A stretch of 64,000 nt of DNA from Candidatus Staskawiczbacteria bacterium (GTDB lineage: Bacteria; Patescibacteriota; Minisyncoccia; Minisyncoccales; Staskawiczbacteraceae): positions 395,034 through 459,033 of the forward strand of contig JAHFKV010000001.1 of NCBI GenBank assembly GCA_023245155.1, given 5' to 3'. The notes under the pieces are model-generated. The model was given only the letters and a program-made list of their open reading frames with translations. It was not told where the DNA came from and did not search any database. The position numbers were made by a program, and so were the translations under genes. Below, one piece after another: positions 18,778 to 27,875 of this stretch. The first letter of the stretch is position 1. Every line of letters begins with the position of its first letter.

Positions 18778-20552
18778 ACTTTTTCTTCAACTTCTTTTTT
18801 AATTTTTTGAATGAACTCTTCTGCTGGCATTTGCCCTAAGTCTCCCTTACCGCGCTGGCGAACACCAACCGTATTGGCGGCAACTTCTTTATCTCCAACA
18901 ATCAAAAGATAGGGAATCTTCTGCATTTCGGCTTCACGGATTTTTTTACCTAAGGTATCACTTTCGCTTAGCACCGTTGGGCGCAGATTTTGCTGGCGCA
19001 AAATCTGCGCCATTTTTTCCGCGTATTCTGCATGCTTGTCTGAAATAGGGATAATGGCCACCTGCACGGGTGCCAGCCATACCGGAAAATTTCCAGCCAC
19101 GTGCTCAATGTAAACTGATAAAAATCGTTCAATGGAACCCATTAAAGCAAAATGGATCATCACCGGTGTTTGGGCTTTTCCGGCAGTATCAATATATTCA
19201 AGGCCAAACCGCGCAGGCTGTACGAAGTCTAATTGGGGAGTGGCCAGTTGCCATTCGCGGCCCAGCGAATCTTTGGCCATAAAATCTATTTTCGGCCCAT
19301 AAAACGCGGCTTCGCCTTCGGCCACGAAATAATCTAACTTATTTTTCTTGGCAATGTCCAGTAAAATATGTTCGGCTTTTTTCCAAAGGGAAACTTCACC
19401 CAAATATTTTTTAGGTTGCTTTGGATCACGGAAGCTAAGCCTTGCGCGCAGCGGCATACCCATTTTTTCATAGAAAGTCTTGGTAACTTCTATTAAATCC
19501 TGGTAAATGCCTTCAATTTGTTCTGGAGTACAAAAGGTGTGGCTGTCGTCTTGGGTGATGCTCCTTACGCGGGAAAGTCCTAAGAGTTCACCGGCTTTTT
19601 CATCTCGGTACACGGTAGTAGTTTCCATAAATTTGAGGGGCAATTCTTTATAGCTTCGTGGCTTGGAAGCATAAATTTGCTGGTGGTGCGGGCAGTTCAT
19701 GGGTTTCATGACCATTTCATCTGTAGTCTCCTGGCTTTTAACTAAAAATAATTCTCCGCCGAATTTGTCCCAATGACCTGAAATTTTGTATAAATCATTT
19801 TTAGTAATATGGGGACTCCACACCTTTTGCCAGCCTTTGCCCGCCCGCAGATTTTGAGAATAGTCATTCAGTAATTCGCGCACCAAGGTGCCTTTTGGGG
19901 TGAATAGCGGCAAACCCTTGCCCACATATTCAGAAATAGTAAATAGATCCAGTTTCTGACCCAGCAAGCGGTGATCCCGTTTTTTAGCTTCCTCAAGATT
20001 TTTTAAATGCTCATCTAATTCTTTCTGAGTGGCAAAAGCGGTGCCATAAATGCGGGTGAGCATTTTGTTTTTTTCATCTCCTTTCCAGTAAGCTCCAGCT
20101 ACCTTAAGTAATTTAAAATGTTGTAATTCTTTTTGGGGATCTTCAGAATGTCCGCCTTTGCACAAATCCAAAAATCCGCCCGGGTCGTTTTCGGTGATAG
20201 TTTTGCCCTGTTTGGAGAATTCTTTAATGAGTTCTAATTTATAGGGATTGTCTTTAAAATGTTTTTTGGCAATGGCAACCGAAACTTTTTTAACTTCAAA
20301 AGCGTGCCACGTCTTTAAAATCTCCCGCATTTTTTGTTCAATCTTGGGAAAATCTTCTTCGGAAATTTTAAATTTTCCCATGTCAAAATCCTGGTAAAAG
20401 CCATCTTCAATAGCCGGGCCGATGGCGTTGTGGGCGCCTTTGTAGAGTTGTTTTACCGCCGCAGCCAGTAGGTGGGCGAGCGAGTGGCGTATATGTTGCA
20501 TATCGCTATCCATGCTATTAGGTATTAAATGATTATTCAGGTATCCTACCAT
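18774..20552 (-). CDS. thrS: threonine--tRNA ligase (no N-terminal TGS domain)
   Basis: HIRHSLAHLLAAAV editing-domain start and class II core motifs. The exact start among several Met codons is uncertain. Confidence 0.9.
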   Translation of the reverse strand: MVGYLNNHLIPNSMDSDMQHIRHSLAHLLAAAVKQLYKGAHNAIGPAIEDGFYQDFDMGKFKISEEDFPKIEQKMREILKTWHAFEVKKVSVAIAKKHFKDNPYKLELIKEFSKQGKTITENDPGGFLDLCKGGHSEDPQKELQHFKLLKVAGAYWKGDEKNKMLTRIYGTAFATQKELDEHLKNLEEAKKRDHRLLGQKLDLFTISEYVGKGLPLFTPKGTLVRELLNDYSQNLRAGKGWQKVWSPHITKNDLYKISGHWDKFGGELFLVKSQETTDEMVMKPMNCPHHQQIYASKPRSYKELPLKFMETTTVYRDEKAGELLGLSRVRSITQDDSHTFCTPEQIEGIYQDLIEVTKTFYEKMGMPLRARLSFRDPKQPKKYLGEVSLWKKAEHILLDIAKKNKLDYFVAEGEAAFYGPKIDFMAKDSLGREWQLATPQLDFVQPARFGLEYIDTAGKAQTPVMIHFALMGSIERFLSVYIEHVAGNFPVWLAPVQVAIIPISDKHAEYAEKMAQILRQQNLRPTVLSESDTLGKKIREAEMQKIPYLLIVGDKEVAANTVGVRQRGKGDLGQMPAEEFIQKIKKEVEEKV

Positions 20553-20602
20553 TTTGGCTCAGGGCGGTAAACTATTGACAATTTCTTTATTTGTACAATA
20601 TG

Positions 20603-23600
20603 TTATCCCTCTTGCATAATCTCCTGCACATCGTCTGCTACAATTTTGATTTCACCATTTCTATCATCCACTCGGCCAGCAATAAACACAATTTTATTTT
20701 CCTGCAAAGCTGTCGGATTTTTTTCCATTAAATTCGGAAACACCACCACTTCGGTTTTGGCGGTTAAATCTTCAAACTTGATAAACAGCATGGGTTTGCC
20801 GGTTTTGGTGATTATTTTTTTGGTATTCGTAATCAGTCCGCCCAACAGGACTTTTTTATTGACCATAGCTTTATCAATTTTTGAGATGGCGGTAGTGCGG
20901 GTTTCAAATAATTTCCTAAAACCGTTCAAGGGGTGTGAAGAAACATACAAGCCCAATAATTCTTTTTCCCAGGTGAGTCTTTCTAACAGTTTTGCGGGAA
21001 CGGCAGCCTCCAGTTTTATTTCACTGGATTGCATTACCGTGGGTGCGCTGGCAAACAAACCAATTTGCCCGTTGTTTTTGTTTTTTTGATTTTCACGGGC
21101 GATTTCCAGTAATTTCTCTAAGTTTTGTAACAGCTGGTTTCTTTCGGCAAACTCATCAAAAGCTCCAGATTTGATTAACGCTTCCATGGACTTTTTATTC
21201 AAATCTTTGCTGGCTACGCGGTTAATAAAGTCACTAATGCTGGTAAATTTTCCGCCTGCTTTTACCTCTGCTACTACCGTGTCAATAATATTTTCACCTA
21301 CGTTTTTAATGGCCAATAATCCAAAGCGGATTTTCTGTTGGCCAGGAACGACGGTAAAATTTTTCAGCGATTCATTAATGTTGGGTGGTAGTACCTCAAT
21401 ATCCATTTTTTTGCATTCTTCGATTAATAAGGCGATGCGTTCTACGTCCGCTTTTTCGGAAGTTAAAACCGAAGCCATGAATTCCACCGGATAATGGGCT
21501 TTCAAGTAAGCGGTTTGATAAGCAATAGTTCCATAAGCCACCGAATGCGACTTGTTGAAACCATAAGAAGCAAACGGTAAAATCCATTGCCATAATTCTT
21601 CGCCGATCTTTTTACTGATGCCATTTTTTACTGCCCCGTCCACGAACTTTTTTTCTTGCGCGTCCAGCAGAGCTTTAATCTTTTTACCTACGGCTTTGCG
21701 CAACACATCCGCTTCACCCAGGGTAAAACCGGCCACTTCTTGGGCTAATTTCATGAGTTGCTCCTGGTAAATCATAATGCCTTGGGTATTGCGCAAAATC
21801 GGTTCTAGTTTTGGGTGGATATATTTTATTTCCTGCCGGCCGTGTTTGCGTTCAATGTAATCGGGGATAAATTGCATGGGGCCGGGGCGGTATAGCGCCA
21901 CCATGGCTACAATATCTTCAAATTCGGTGCTCTTTAAATCTTTCAGGTAGCGCTTCATGCCATCGGATTCAAGTTGGAACACGCACGTGGTCAGGGCGTC
22001 TTGCAACAGTTTATAGGTTTTTTTGTCATCAAAGGGGATTTTATCAATATCAATGGATTCGTGGCGGATAACGTAAATCCGGGCTAAGGTGTCTTCAATA
22101 ATGGTTAAGTTTTTCAAACCCAAAAAGTCCATCTTCAAAAGGCCTAAATCTTCAATCCCATGCATTTCATATTGAGTGATAATGTTTTCATCTTCTTTTC
22201 CCGGGGGATGTTGCAGAGGAACTAAGTTATCTAGCGGATCGGCAGAAATCACCACACCACAGGCATGGGTGGAAGCGTGCCTGGCAACGCCTTCCAGTTT
22301 TAATCCCAGATCAATGAGTTTTTTGGCTTGTGGGTCGGTTTTGTATAACTCTTTAAATTCAGTTACTTTTTCTAAAGTTTCGGTCAAATCCATCCCCATG
22401 GGAATCATTTTTGCCATGGCATCGCAGTAGCTGTAAGCGTATTGCAAAGCCCGGCCAACATCGCGCACCACCGCCCGGGCGGCCATGGTTCCAAAGGTGA
22501 TAATCTGGGCAACATGATCATGACCGTATTTTTCGCCCACGTATTTAATCACTTCATCGCGCCGCCGATCAGTAAAGTCCATATCAATATCGGGCATGGA
22601 AATGCGTTCGGGGTTTAAAAACCGTTCAAACAGTAAATCGTGTTGTAATGGGTCAACATTGGTGATTCCCGTGGTATAGCACACCAAGCTGCCTCCGGCG
22701 CTGCCGCGGCCGGGGCCCACCACAATCCGGTTATTTTTTGCCCAATTCACAAAATCTTGCACAATCAAAATGTAGCCGGCAAAACCGGTTTTGTTAATAA
22801 TTGAAAGTTCGTAGGCTAACCGTTCTTTTGCTCCCGCGGGAAGATTTTTTCCGTATCGTTTTTCCAGTCCCGCCTCAGAAAGTTCGGTTAAATAGCTTTC
22901 AGCTGTTTTGCCCGCGGGAACTTCAAAGTGGGGAAGTTTGTTTTTCCCCAGCTCAAATTCGAACTGGCACATGTCAGCAATTTTCTGGCTGTTGGCAATA
23001 GCTTCGGGCGTATCTTTAAAAATATCAGCCATTTTTTCGGGTGCCAACATGGAAAAATCATCGCCTTTTAAGGTGAGGCGCTCGGGGTCATTAGCATCAG
23101 AACCGGTATTAATGAGCATTAAAACGTCTTGGGCTTCGGCGTCTTCGGACCTTAAGTAGTGGATGTCATTGGTGGCAACGAGAGGAATGCCCGTTTTTTT
23201 ATTCAGGTCAATTAATAATTTGTTTAATTTTTGCTGTTCGGGAATATTTTGGTGATACTGCAGTTCCAAGTAAAAACTGTCTTTGCCAAAGAGTTTTTGG
23301 TAGTGGAGGGCAAGTTCTTCGGCCTCTTTGAGTTTTCCGGCGAGCAGCATTTTTGGAATTTTTCCATTCAAACAAGCGGAAGTTCCGATTAATCCCTCAG
23401 CATGTTGTTCTAAGATTTCTTCGTCTATTCTTGGCTTATAATAGTAACCTTCAAGGTGCGCCATGGTTACCAGTTTAACTAAATTTTGGTAACCCTTCTG
23501 GTTTTTGGCCAGCAAAATCATGTGCCAGCTTTTTGAATCTATGTTGGGGCGCTTTTGCAGCCGGCTTTCCGCAGCCATGTACACTTCGCATCCAATAATC

Positions 23601-23797
23601 GGTTTAATCCCTTTAGCTTTAGCTTCTTTGTAAAATTCCACCGCGCCGTACATAACCCCGTGATCGGTGAGGCCAACCGAATCCATACCCAATTCTTTGA
23701 CATAGTCAACTAATTCAGGAATTTTGGGTAGGCCGTCCAGCAGGGAATAGTGCGAGTGGGTGTGAAGGTGAGTAAATTTCATATTTTGATGTTTCAT
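20603..23797 (-). CDS. dnaE: DNA polymerase III alpha subunit
   Basis: FTHLHTHSHYSLLDG PHP domain, a palm/fingers region, and a C-terminal OB fold. The start could be 23797 or 23779. Confidence 0.9.
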   Translation of the reverse strand: MKHQNMKFTHLHTHSHYSLLDGLPKIPELVDYVKELGMDSVGLTDHGVMYGAVEFYKEAKAKGIKPIIGCEVYMAAESRLQKRPNIDSKSWHMILLAKNQKGYQNLVKLVTMAHLEGYYYKPRIDEEILEQHAEGLIGTSACLNGKIPKMLLAGKLKEAEELALHYQKLFGKDSFYLELQYHQNIPEQQKLNKLLIDLNKKTGIPLVATNDIHYLRSEDAEAQDVLMLINTGSDANDPERLTLKGDDFSMLAPEKMADIFKDTPEAIANSQKIADMCQFEFELGKNKLPHFEVPAGKTAESYLTELSEAGLEKRYGKNLPAGAKERLAYELSIINKTGFAGYILIVQDFVNWAKNNRIVVGPGRGSAGGSLVCYTTGITNVDPLQHDLLFERFLNPERISMPDIDMDFTDRRRDEVIKYVGEKYGHDHVAQIITFGTMAARAVVRDVGRALQYAYSYCDAMAKMIPMGMDLTETLEKVTEFKELYKTDPQAKKLIDLGLKLEGVARHASTHACGVVISADPLDNLVPLQHPPGKEDENIITQYEMHGIEDLGLLKMDFLGLKNLTIIEDTLARIYVIRHESIDIDKIPFDDKKTYKLLQDALTTCVFQLESDGMKRYLKDLKSTEFEDIVAMVALYRPGPMQFIPDYIERKHGRQEIKYIHPKLEPILRNTQGIMIYQEQLMKLAQEVAGFTLGEADVLRKAVGKKIKALLDAQEKKFVDGAVKNGISKKIGEELWQWILPFASYGFNKSHSVAYGTIAYQTAYLKAHYPVEFMASVLTSEKADVERIALLIEECKKMDIEVLPPNINESLKNFTVVPGQQKIRFGLLAIKNVGENIIDTVVAEVKAGGKFTSISDFINRVASKDLNKKSMEALIKSGAFDEFAERNQLLQNLEKLLEIARENQKNKNNGQIGLFASAPTVMQSSEIKLEAAVPAKLLERLTWEKELLGLYVSSHPLNGFRKLFETRTTAISKIDKAMVNKKVLLGGLITNTKKIITKTGKPMLFIKFEDLTAKTEVVVFPNLMEKNPTALQENKIVFIAGRVDDRNGEIKIVADDVQEIMQEG

Positions 23798-23911
23798 TTT
23801 ACGTTTTTCCAGAAGCCACTGCAAGCACTTGACAGAGGCTTATATATAGTTTACAATTAAGTTACGAGTAGTTTGAAAACCCAATAAATCCTAACCAGAA
23901 AGAGGTGGCCC

Positions 23912-24277
23912 TTGCGGATCATTTTTGTGGTAAACGATGAGCCTCAAATCCACAAACTGGTGGAAGCGGCTTTCCAGACCAAGTTCAAGGTGGTTCAAGC
24001 CCAAAGCTTGGCGGAGGCCAAAAGGGCCTTCCGGAGTATCAACACAAGCCTGTTGGCCGTCGTGGTCATGGATGCGTCTGTTGATAGCTCGGACGCAGTG
24101 GACACGGTTCCATTATTACAATGGATTCGTAAAAGTTTCGACGGCAACGTTCTTTGCAACTCAAGTCATCCGGAAAAAAATGACGTGCTCATGGAGCACG
24201 CCGGCTCACCTGCCTTTCGGCACGATAGCCCCACTGGATTGATTCAGGCCATTGCGGCCATTGTCGGGGAGGAGTAG
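23912..24277 (+). CDS. stand-alone receiver (CheY-like) domain protein with a degenerate acidic pocket (GC-rich unit)
   Basis: IIFVVNDEPQI...AVVVMDASV resembles REC beta1 and beta3. The start is TTG after AGAGGTGG. Its own TTGACA-17-TACAAT promoter (23829-23857) and a terminator flank it. Confidence 0.4.
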   Translation: MRIIFVVNDEPQIHKLVEAAFQTKFKVVQAQSLAEAKRAFRSINTSLLAVVVMDASVDSSDAVDTVPLLQWIRKSFDGNVLCNSSHPEKNDVLMEHAGSPAFRHDSPTGLIQAIAAIVGEE

Positions 24278-24287
24278 CCGAACCCAG

Positions 24288-24325
24288 ACCCTTGCGTGTT
24301 GTTCGCGACACGCAAGGGTTTTTTC
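24288..24325 (+). terminator. intrinsic terminator
   Basis: 12-bp stem ACCCTTGCGTGT/ACACGCAAGGGT with a T-run. Confidence 0.75.
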
Positions 24326-24354
24326 TTGGACCGAGTTTGTGCTAATATGTGGTA

Positions 24355-24975
24355 ATGAAACCGAATTTTTTGGAAGAAAAAAAGTTGTGGAAGCAGGGTT
24401 ATGTCCGCGTGGCGGGGTTTGATGAAGCGGGAAGGGGGCCATTGGCCGGCCCGGTAGTGGCAGCGGCAGTTAGTTTTAAGTTATCAAGTTATAAAGTTAT
24501 CAAGTTTCAAGGCATAAACGATTCCAAAAAACTTTCTGAAAAACAGCGGGAATTTCTTTATGAAAAATTGACTACGGATAAAAATATTACATGGGGGATT
24601 GGCATTGTTTCAGAAAAAATCATAGACAAGATTAATATTTTAGAAGCGTCAAAGCGCGCAATGCTAATAGCATCGCGCGCCCTCAAACCCGATTTTTTAT
24701 TAATTGACGGCAATTTCAAAATCAAATCCTTTATTCCTCAAAAAAGTATCGTCAGGGGCGACGCAAAAGTGTTTTCCATTGCCGCCGCCAGTATTATCGC
24801 CAAAGTAACCCGTGACCGTATTATGCGACAAGTACACCAAAAATATCCCCAATACAATTTCGCCAAACACAAGGGCTATGGAACCGCTTTGCACATTGCT
24901 CAACTGGCAAAATTCGGCCCGTGCCAAATCCATCGTAAAAGCTTTTGGCCCGTGAGCGGTATTGTCAAAACTTAG
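24355..24975 (+). CDS. rnhB: ribonuclease HII
   Basis: VAGFDEAGRGPLAGPVVAAAV and DSKKLS motifs. Confidence 0.85.
   Translation: MKPNFLEEKKLWKQGYVRVAGFDEAGRGPLAGPVVAAAVSFKLSSYKVIKFQGINDSKKLSEKQREFLYEKLTTDKNITWGIGIVSEKIIDKINILEASKRAMLIASRALKPDFLLIDGNFKIKSFIPQKSIVRGDAKVFSIAAASIIAKVTRDRIMRQVHQKYPQYNFAKHKGYGTALHIAQLAKFGPCQIHRKSFWPVSGIVKT
24473..24510 (+). repeat. tandem octamer GTTATMAA array inside rnhB
   Basis: GTTTTAA GTTATCAA GTTATAAA GTTATCAA GTTTCAA. The 21 nt AAGTTATCAAGTTATAAAGTT are identical to 56653-56673 in prmC. Confidence 0.7.
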
Positions 24976-25000
24976 TTTATTTGCTAATATCTACGATATG
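24962..25000 (+). promoter_or_regulatory. promoter TTGTCA-17-TAATAT with the rpmF ATG 7 nt downstream (leaderless candidate)
   Basis: TTGTCA 24962-24967, TAATAT 24985-24990, ctacgat, ATG at 24998. Confidence 0.5.
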
Positions 25001-25240
25001 GCAGTTCCAAGACATAAACATACTAGGGCAAGTGTCGGCCAGCGCCGGATGCACATTTTTATCAATCCGGCGGTTTTAACAACTTGTAAAAAATGTGGAA
25101 AAGCCGCAAGGCCCCATATGATGTGTGCCAACTGCGGATATTATAAAGACAAAGAAGTGATTAATGTGATGGCAAAGCTTACCAAGAAAGAAAAAAAGAT
25201 AAGGGAAAAAGAAATTAAAGAGACGGAAAAAGCACAATAA
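24998..25240 (+). CDS. rpmF: 50S ribosomal protein L32 with a Lys/Glu-rich C-terminal tail
   Basis: [19 protein letters not shown] and a CxxC...CxxC zinc ribbon. Confidence 0.85.
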   Translation: MAVPRHKHTRASVGQRRMHIFINPAVLTTCKKCGKAARPHMMCANCGYYKDKEVINVMAKLTKKEKKIREKEIKETEKAQ

Positions 25241-25247
25241 AAAATGT

Positions 25248-25688
25248 ATGGCAAGCCGGCACCTTTCACGAAGTATCGTCATGCAAAGCTTATATGAATG
25301 GGATTTTTACGGTTTACCCGTGCACCCGGGTGCCAAGGAAAAGTTAGATACCATTGTTGAACGCAACATCAGAGACTTTGGCCCGGGGTTGGAAGATGTG
25401 AACTTTGTTAAAAGTTTAGCTGAAGGAGTTGTAACTCACCTGGCTGACATTGATAAGATTATTGAAAAGGCCGCCCCCGAATGGCCCATTGCCCAAATTC
25501 CCCTGGTTGATAGAAATGTGTTGCGGCTTGGTTTATTCGAATTGTTATATGCCAATAAAGACGAGGTGCCTCCCAAAGTGGCCATTAATGAAGCTATTGA
25601 ATTGGCAAAATCATTTGCCGGACCAATTTCAGGAAAATTTATTAACGGAGTGCTGGGAACTGTTTACAAACAAATCGAAGAACCATGA
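25248..25688 (+). CDS. nusB: transcription antitermination factor NusB
   Basis: [13 protein letters not shown]...[14 protein letters not shown]...NEAIELAK. Confidence 0.8.
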   Translation: MASRHLSRSIVMQSLYEWDFYGLPVHPGAKEKLDTIVERNIRDFGPGLEDVNFVKSLAEGVVTHLADIDKIIEKAAPEWPIAQIPLVDRNVLRLGLFELLYANKDEVPPKVAINEAIELAKSFAGPISGKFINGVLGTVYKQIEEP

Positions 25689-26377
25689 AAGAATTCGGAC
25701 TATTTGAAAAGAAATTAGGCTTGTCATTTAAAAATAAAGACCTGTTGCTGCAAGCGTTTGTCCACCGGTCATATTTAAATGAGAATCCTGATTTCAGACT
25801 TGAACAAAACGAACGGCTGGAATTTTTGGGAGACGCGGTGTTGGAACTGGTTATCACTGAACATTTATACAAAGAATATCCGAAAGAAGATGAGGGGCAG
25901 CTAACGAATTGGAGAGCAGCATTAGTTAATTCTAAAATGCTTACCCAGGTGGCTGAAGAATTGGGCTTTAATGACTTCTTACTGTTAAGCCGGGGGGAAA
26001 CCAAAGAATTAGGAAAAGCGCGCCAGTACATTTTAGCCAACACGTTTGAAGCATTGATTGGCGCGACGTACTTGGATGCGGGATACGAGCCTTGCGACCG
26101 ATTTATTAAAAAGCACTTACTGGCCAGGCTGCCCGAAATTATTGCAAGCAAGTCATATAAGGATGCTAAATCTCATTTTCAGGAAGAAGCTCAGGAAAAA
26201 GCCGGTGTCACTCCCATGTATAAGGTAGTGAAAGAATGGGGGCCCGATCATAAAAAGAAGTTCACCGTGACAGTTTCTTTAAGAGAAGAACAAGTGGCTG
26301 AAGGTGAAGGGTATTCAAAGCAAGAAGCAGAGGAGGAAGCGGCCAAAAGCGCATTACTAGTAAAAAAGTGGAATTAA
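25685..26377 (+). CDS. rnc: ribonuclease III
   Basis: [21 protein letters not shown] signature and a C-terminal dsRBD. Confidence 0.9.
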   Translation: MKEFGLFEKKLGLSFKNKDLLLQAFVHRSYLNENPDFRLEQNERLEFLGDAVLELVITEHLYKEYPKEDEGQLTNWRAALVNSKMLTQVAEELGFNDFLLLSRGETKELGKARQYILANTFEALIGATYLDAGYEPCDRFIKKHLLARLPEIIASKSYKDAKSHFQEEAQEKAGVTPMYKVVKEWGPDHKKKFTVTVSLREEQVAEGEGYSKQEAEEEAAKSALLVKKWN

Positions 26378-26379
26378 AC

Positions 26380-26480
26380 GAAATAAGGTGTCGCAATGAG
26401 AATCGGGCTGCAAGGTATCGTTAGATAATTTTCAGCCCGATTCTCAAAGTGAATTCATTCGTTTTACTCATAAATTCATG
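26380..26480 (+). promoter_or_regulatory. conserved two-hairpin 5' leader, copy 2 of 5 (upstream of rpsP)
   Basis: GAAATAAGGTGTCGCAA box. Hairpin 1 is TGAGAATCGGGCTG (26397-26410) / CAGCCCGATTCTCA (26433-26446), followed by AA. Then GTGAATT...AATTCAT. The element ends at ATG 26478. Confidence 0.8.
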
Positions 26481-26861
26481 TTAACTATCAGACTTACAAG
26501 AAAAGGGAGAAAGAACCAGCCATTTTTCAGGTTGGTGGTGATTGATAAGAGGCGCAGTTCCAAGGGTGGCCGGCCAGTGGAAGAATTGGGATACGTTGAT
26601 CCGCTCAGCAAAAAGAAATCTTTTGAAAAAGAACGCGTTTTGTATTGGATAAAAATGGGGGCACAGCCAACCGCCACGGTACATAATTTATTAGTTTCTG
26701 AAAAGATTATTGATGCTCCAAAAATAAAAAAGTTTAGCGTTTCGAAAAAAGCTAAGACTGAGGCTGTTAAGGCGGCAGAAGCCGTGGCCGCGGCTTCTGC
26801 CGCGCCAGCGCCAGCTCCCCAAGCTCCTACTGATGAGCCAAAAGAAGAACCCCAGAAATAA
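26478..26861 (+). CDS. rpsP: 30S ribosomal protein S16 with an Ala/Pro-rich C-terminal extension
   Basis: MLTIRLTRKGRKNQPFFRLVV is a canonical S16 N-terminus. Confidence 0.9.
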   Translation: MLTIRLTRKGRKNQPFFRLVVIDKRRSSKGGRPVEELGYVDPLSKKKSFEKERVLYWIKMGAQPTATVHNLLVSEKIIDAPKIKKFSVSKKAKTEAVKAAEAVAAASAAPAPAPQAPTDEPKEEPQK

Positions 26862-26941
26862 AACAAACCCCTTGACGGGAGTTTTTGCTTGTGCTATAAA
26901 GTAAACGTGGCGTTCTTCCAAAAATTGTTCAAGGAGCCATC

Positions 26942-27364
26942 ATGAAATACGTGCAACTTGCCGTGATTCTGGCGGGAATGATAGGAGTGCCGGCGGTATT
27001 GCTGTGGCTCCATGTACATTTCCGGTGGAAGAAGTACGGTAATATGGCAGGTCCGCCATTCGATGTTAAGGGTCTCCAGCTAAGGCTGGGAAATTTCCTT
27101 GGGACTGAACGTTCCGGGGAATATCAAGTAGACCCCAGGACCGAAGCTCGGGGAATCATCGTGTTTTTGCAGAGATTTAATGGTCCTGGAGCAAACATTG
27201 TGCGCGAGTATTGCGTGCAAACAATCCAGGCCGCGTGGCCGACTTTGCCCCTGGCTACCGATGTCAAGGCAGATCCGGATGAGTTTTGCCGGCGCGTTGG
27301 AGCCATCGGCGACGTTTGCCGGGAGGCTGAGGAAAAAAATACCGCGCTCAAGACTGTGGCGTGA
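26942..27364 (+). CDS. hypothetical N-terminally membrane-anchored protein (GC-rich unit)
   Basis: GGAG SD 5 nt before the ATG, a TTGACG-17-TATAAA promoter upstream, and a terminator downstream. No family recognised. Confidence 0.4.
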   Translation: MKYVQLAVILAGMIGVPAVLLWLHVHFRWKKYGNMAGPPFDVKGLQLRLGNFLGTERSGEYQVDPRTEARGIIVFLQRFNGPGANIVREYCVQTIQAAWPTLPLATDVKADPDEFCRRVGAIGDVCREAEEKNTALKTVA

Positions 27365-27366
27365 AA

Positions 27367-27409
27367 GGAGTGCGCGAGCGAAATGCTCGTGCACTCCCAC
27401 CCTTTTTTC
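27367..27409 (+). terminator. intrinsic terminator
   Basis: 13-bp stem GGAGTGCGCGAGC/GCTCGTGCACTCC (one G-U pair) with a T-run. Confidence 0.7.
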
Positions 27410-27417
27410 GCAAAGAT

Positions 27418-27445
27418 TTGACATAATTTTTAAAGTTGCTAAGAT
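27418..27445 (+). promoter_or_regulatory. promoter TTGACA-16-TAAGAT for the KH-trmD genes
   Basis: Hexamers at 27418-27423 and 27440-27445. Confidence 0.5.
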
Positions 27446-27498
27446 ATAACCAGCAGAAGGGTCGAAACTGCAGAATATAAAAAAATAACAGAAAGACC

Positions 27499-27828
27499 AT
27501 GGCACAAGAAATGGATCAAGAGTTTTTGGAATATCTTGTTAAGGCATTGGTTGACAACCCAAAAGACGTCAAAGTTACTCGTAAAGTTGACGAAATGGGC
27601 GTATTGCTTTCATTGACGGTGAACCCAGCTGATATGGGCCAGATCATTGGAAGAGAAGGTTCAACCGCCAAAGCTATTCGGAACTTGGTAAGAATTGTAG
27701 GTTTGAAAAATCACGCCCGGGTAAATCTCAAGATTGAGGAACCAGAGGGTGGAAGAGGTCCAAACCCAAGGCCAGCCGCCGATAAACCGGCTGCCGCGCT
27801 AGACGAAATTGAGAATATCTCTTTGTAA
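27499..27828 (+). CDS. KH-domain RNA-binding protein (YlqC/UPF0109 family)
   Basis: LEYLVKALVDNP...GQIIGREGSTAKAIRNLV has a GxxG KH motif. Usually a neighbour of rpsP. Confidence 0.8.
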   Translation: MAQEMDQEFLEYLVKALVDNPKDVKVTRKVDEMGVLLSLTVNPADMGQIIGREGSTAKAIRNLVRIVGLKNHARVNLKIEEPEGGRGPNPRPAADKPAAALDEIENISL

Positions 27829-27875
27829 TTGAAAAAAGCAGAAACTGTGCTATTATAAGCGCAGTTTTTGTTTGC

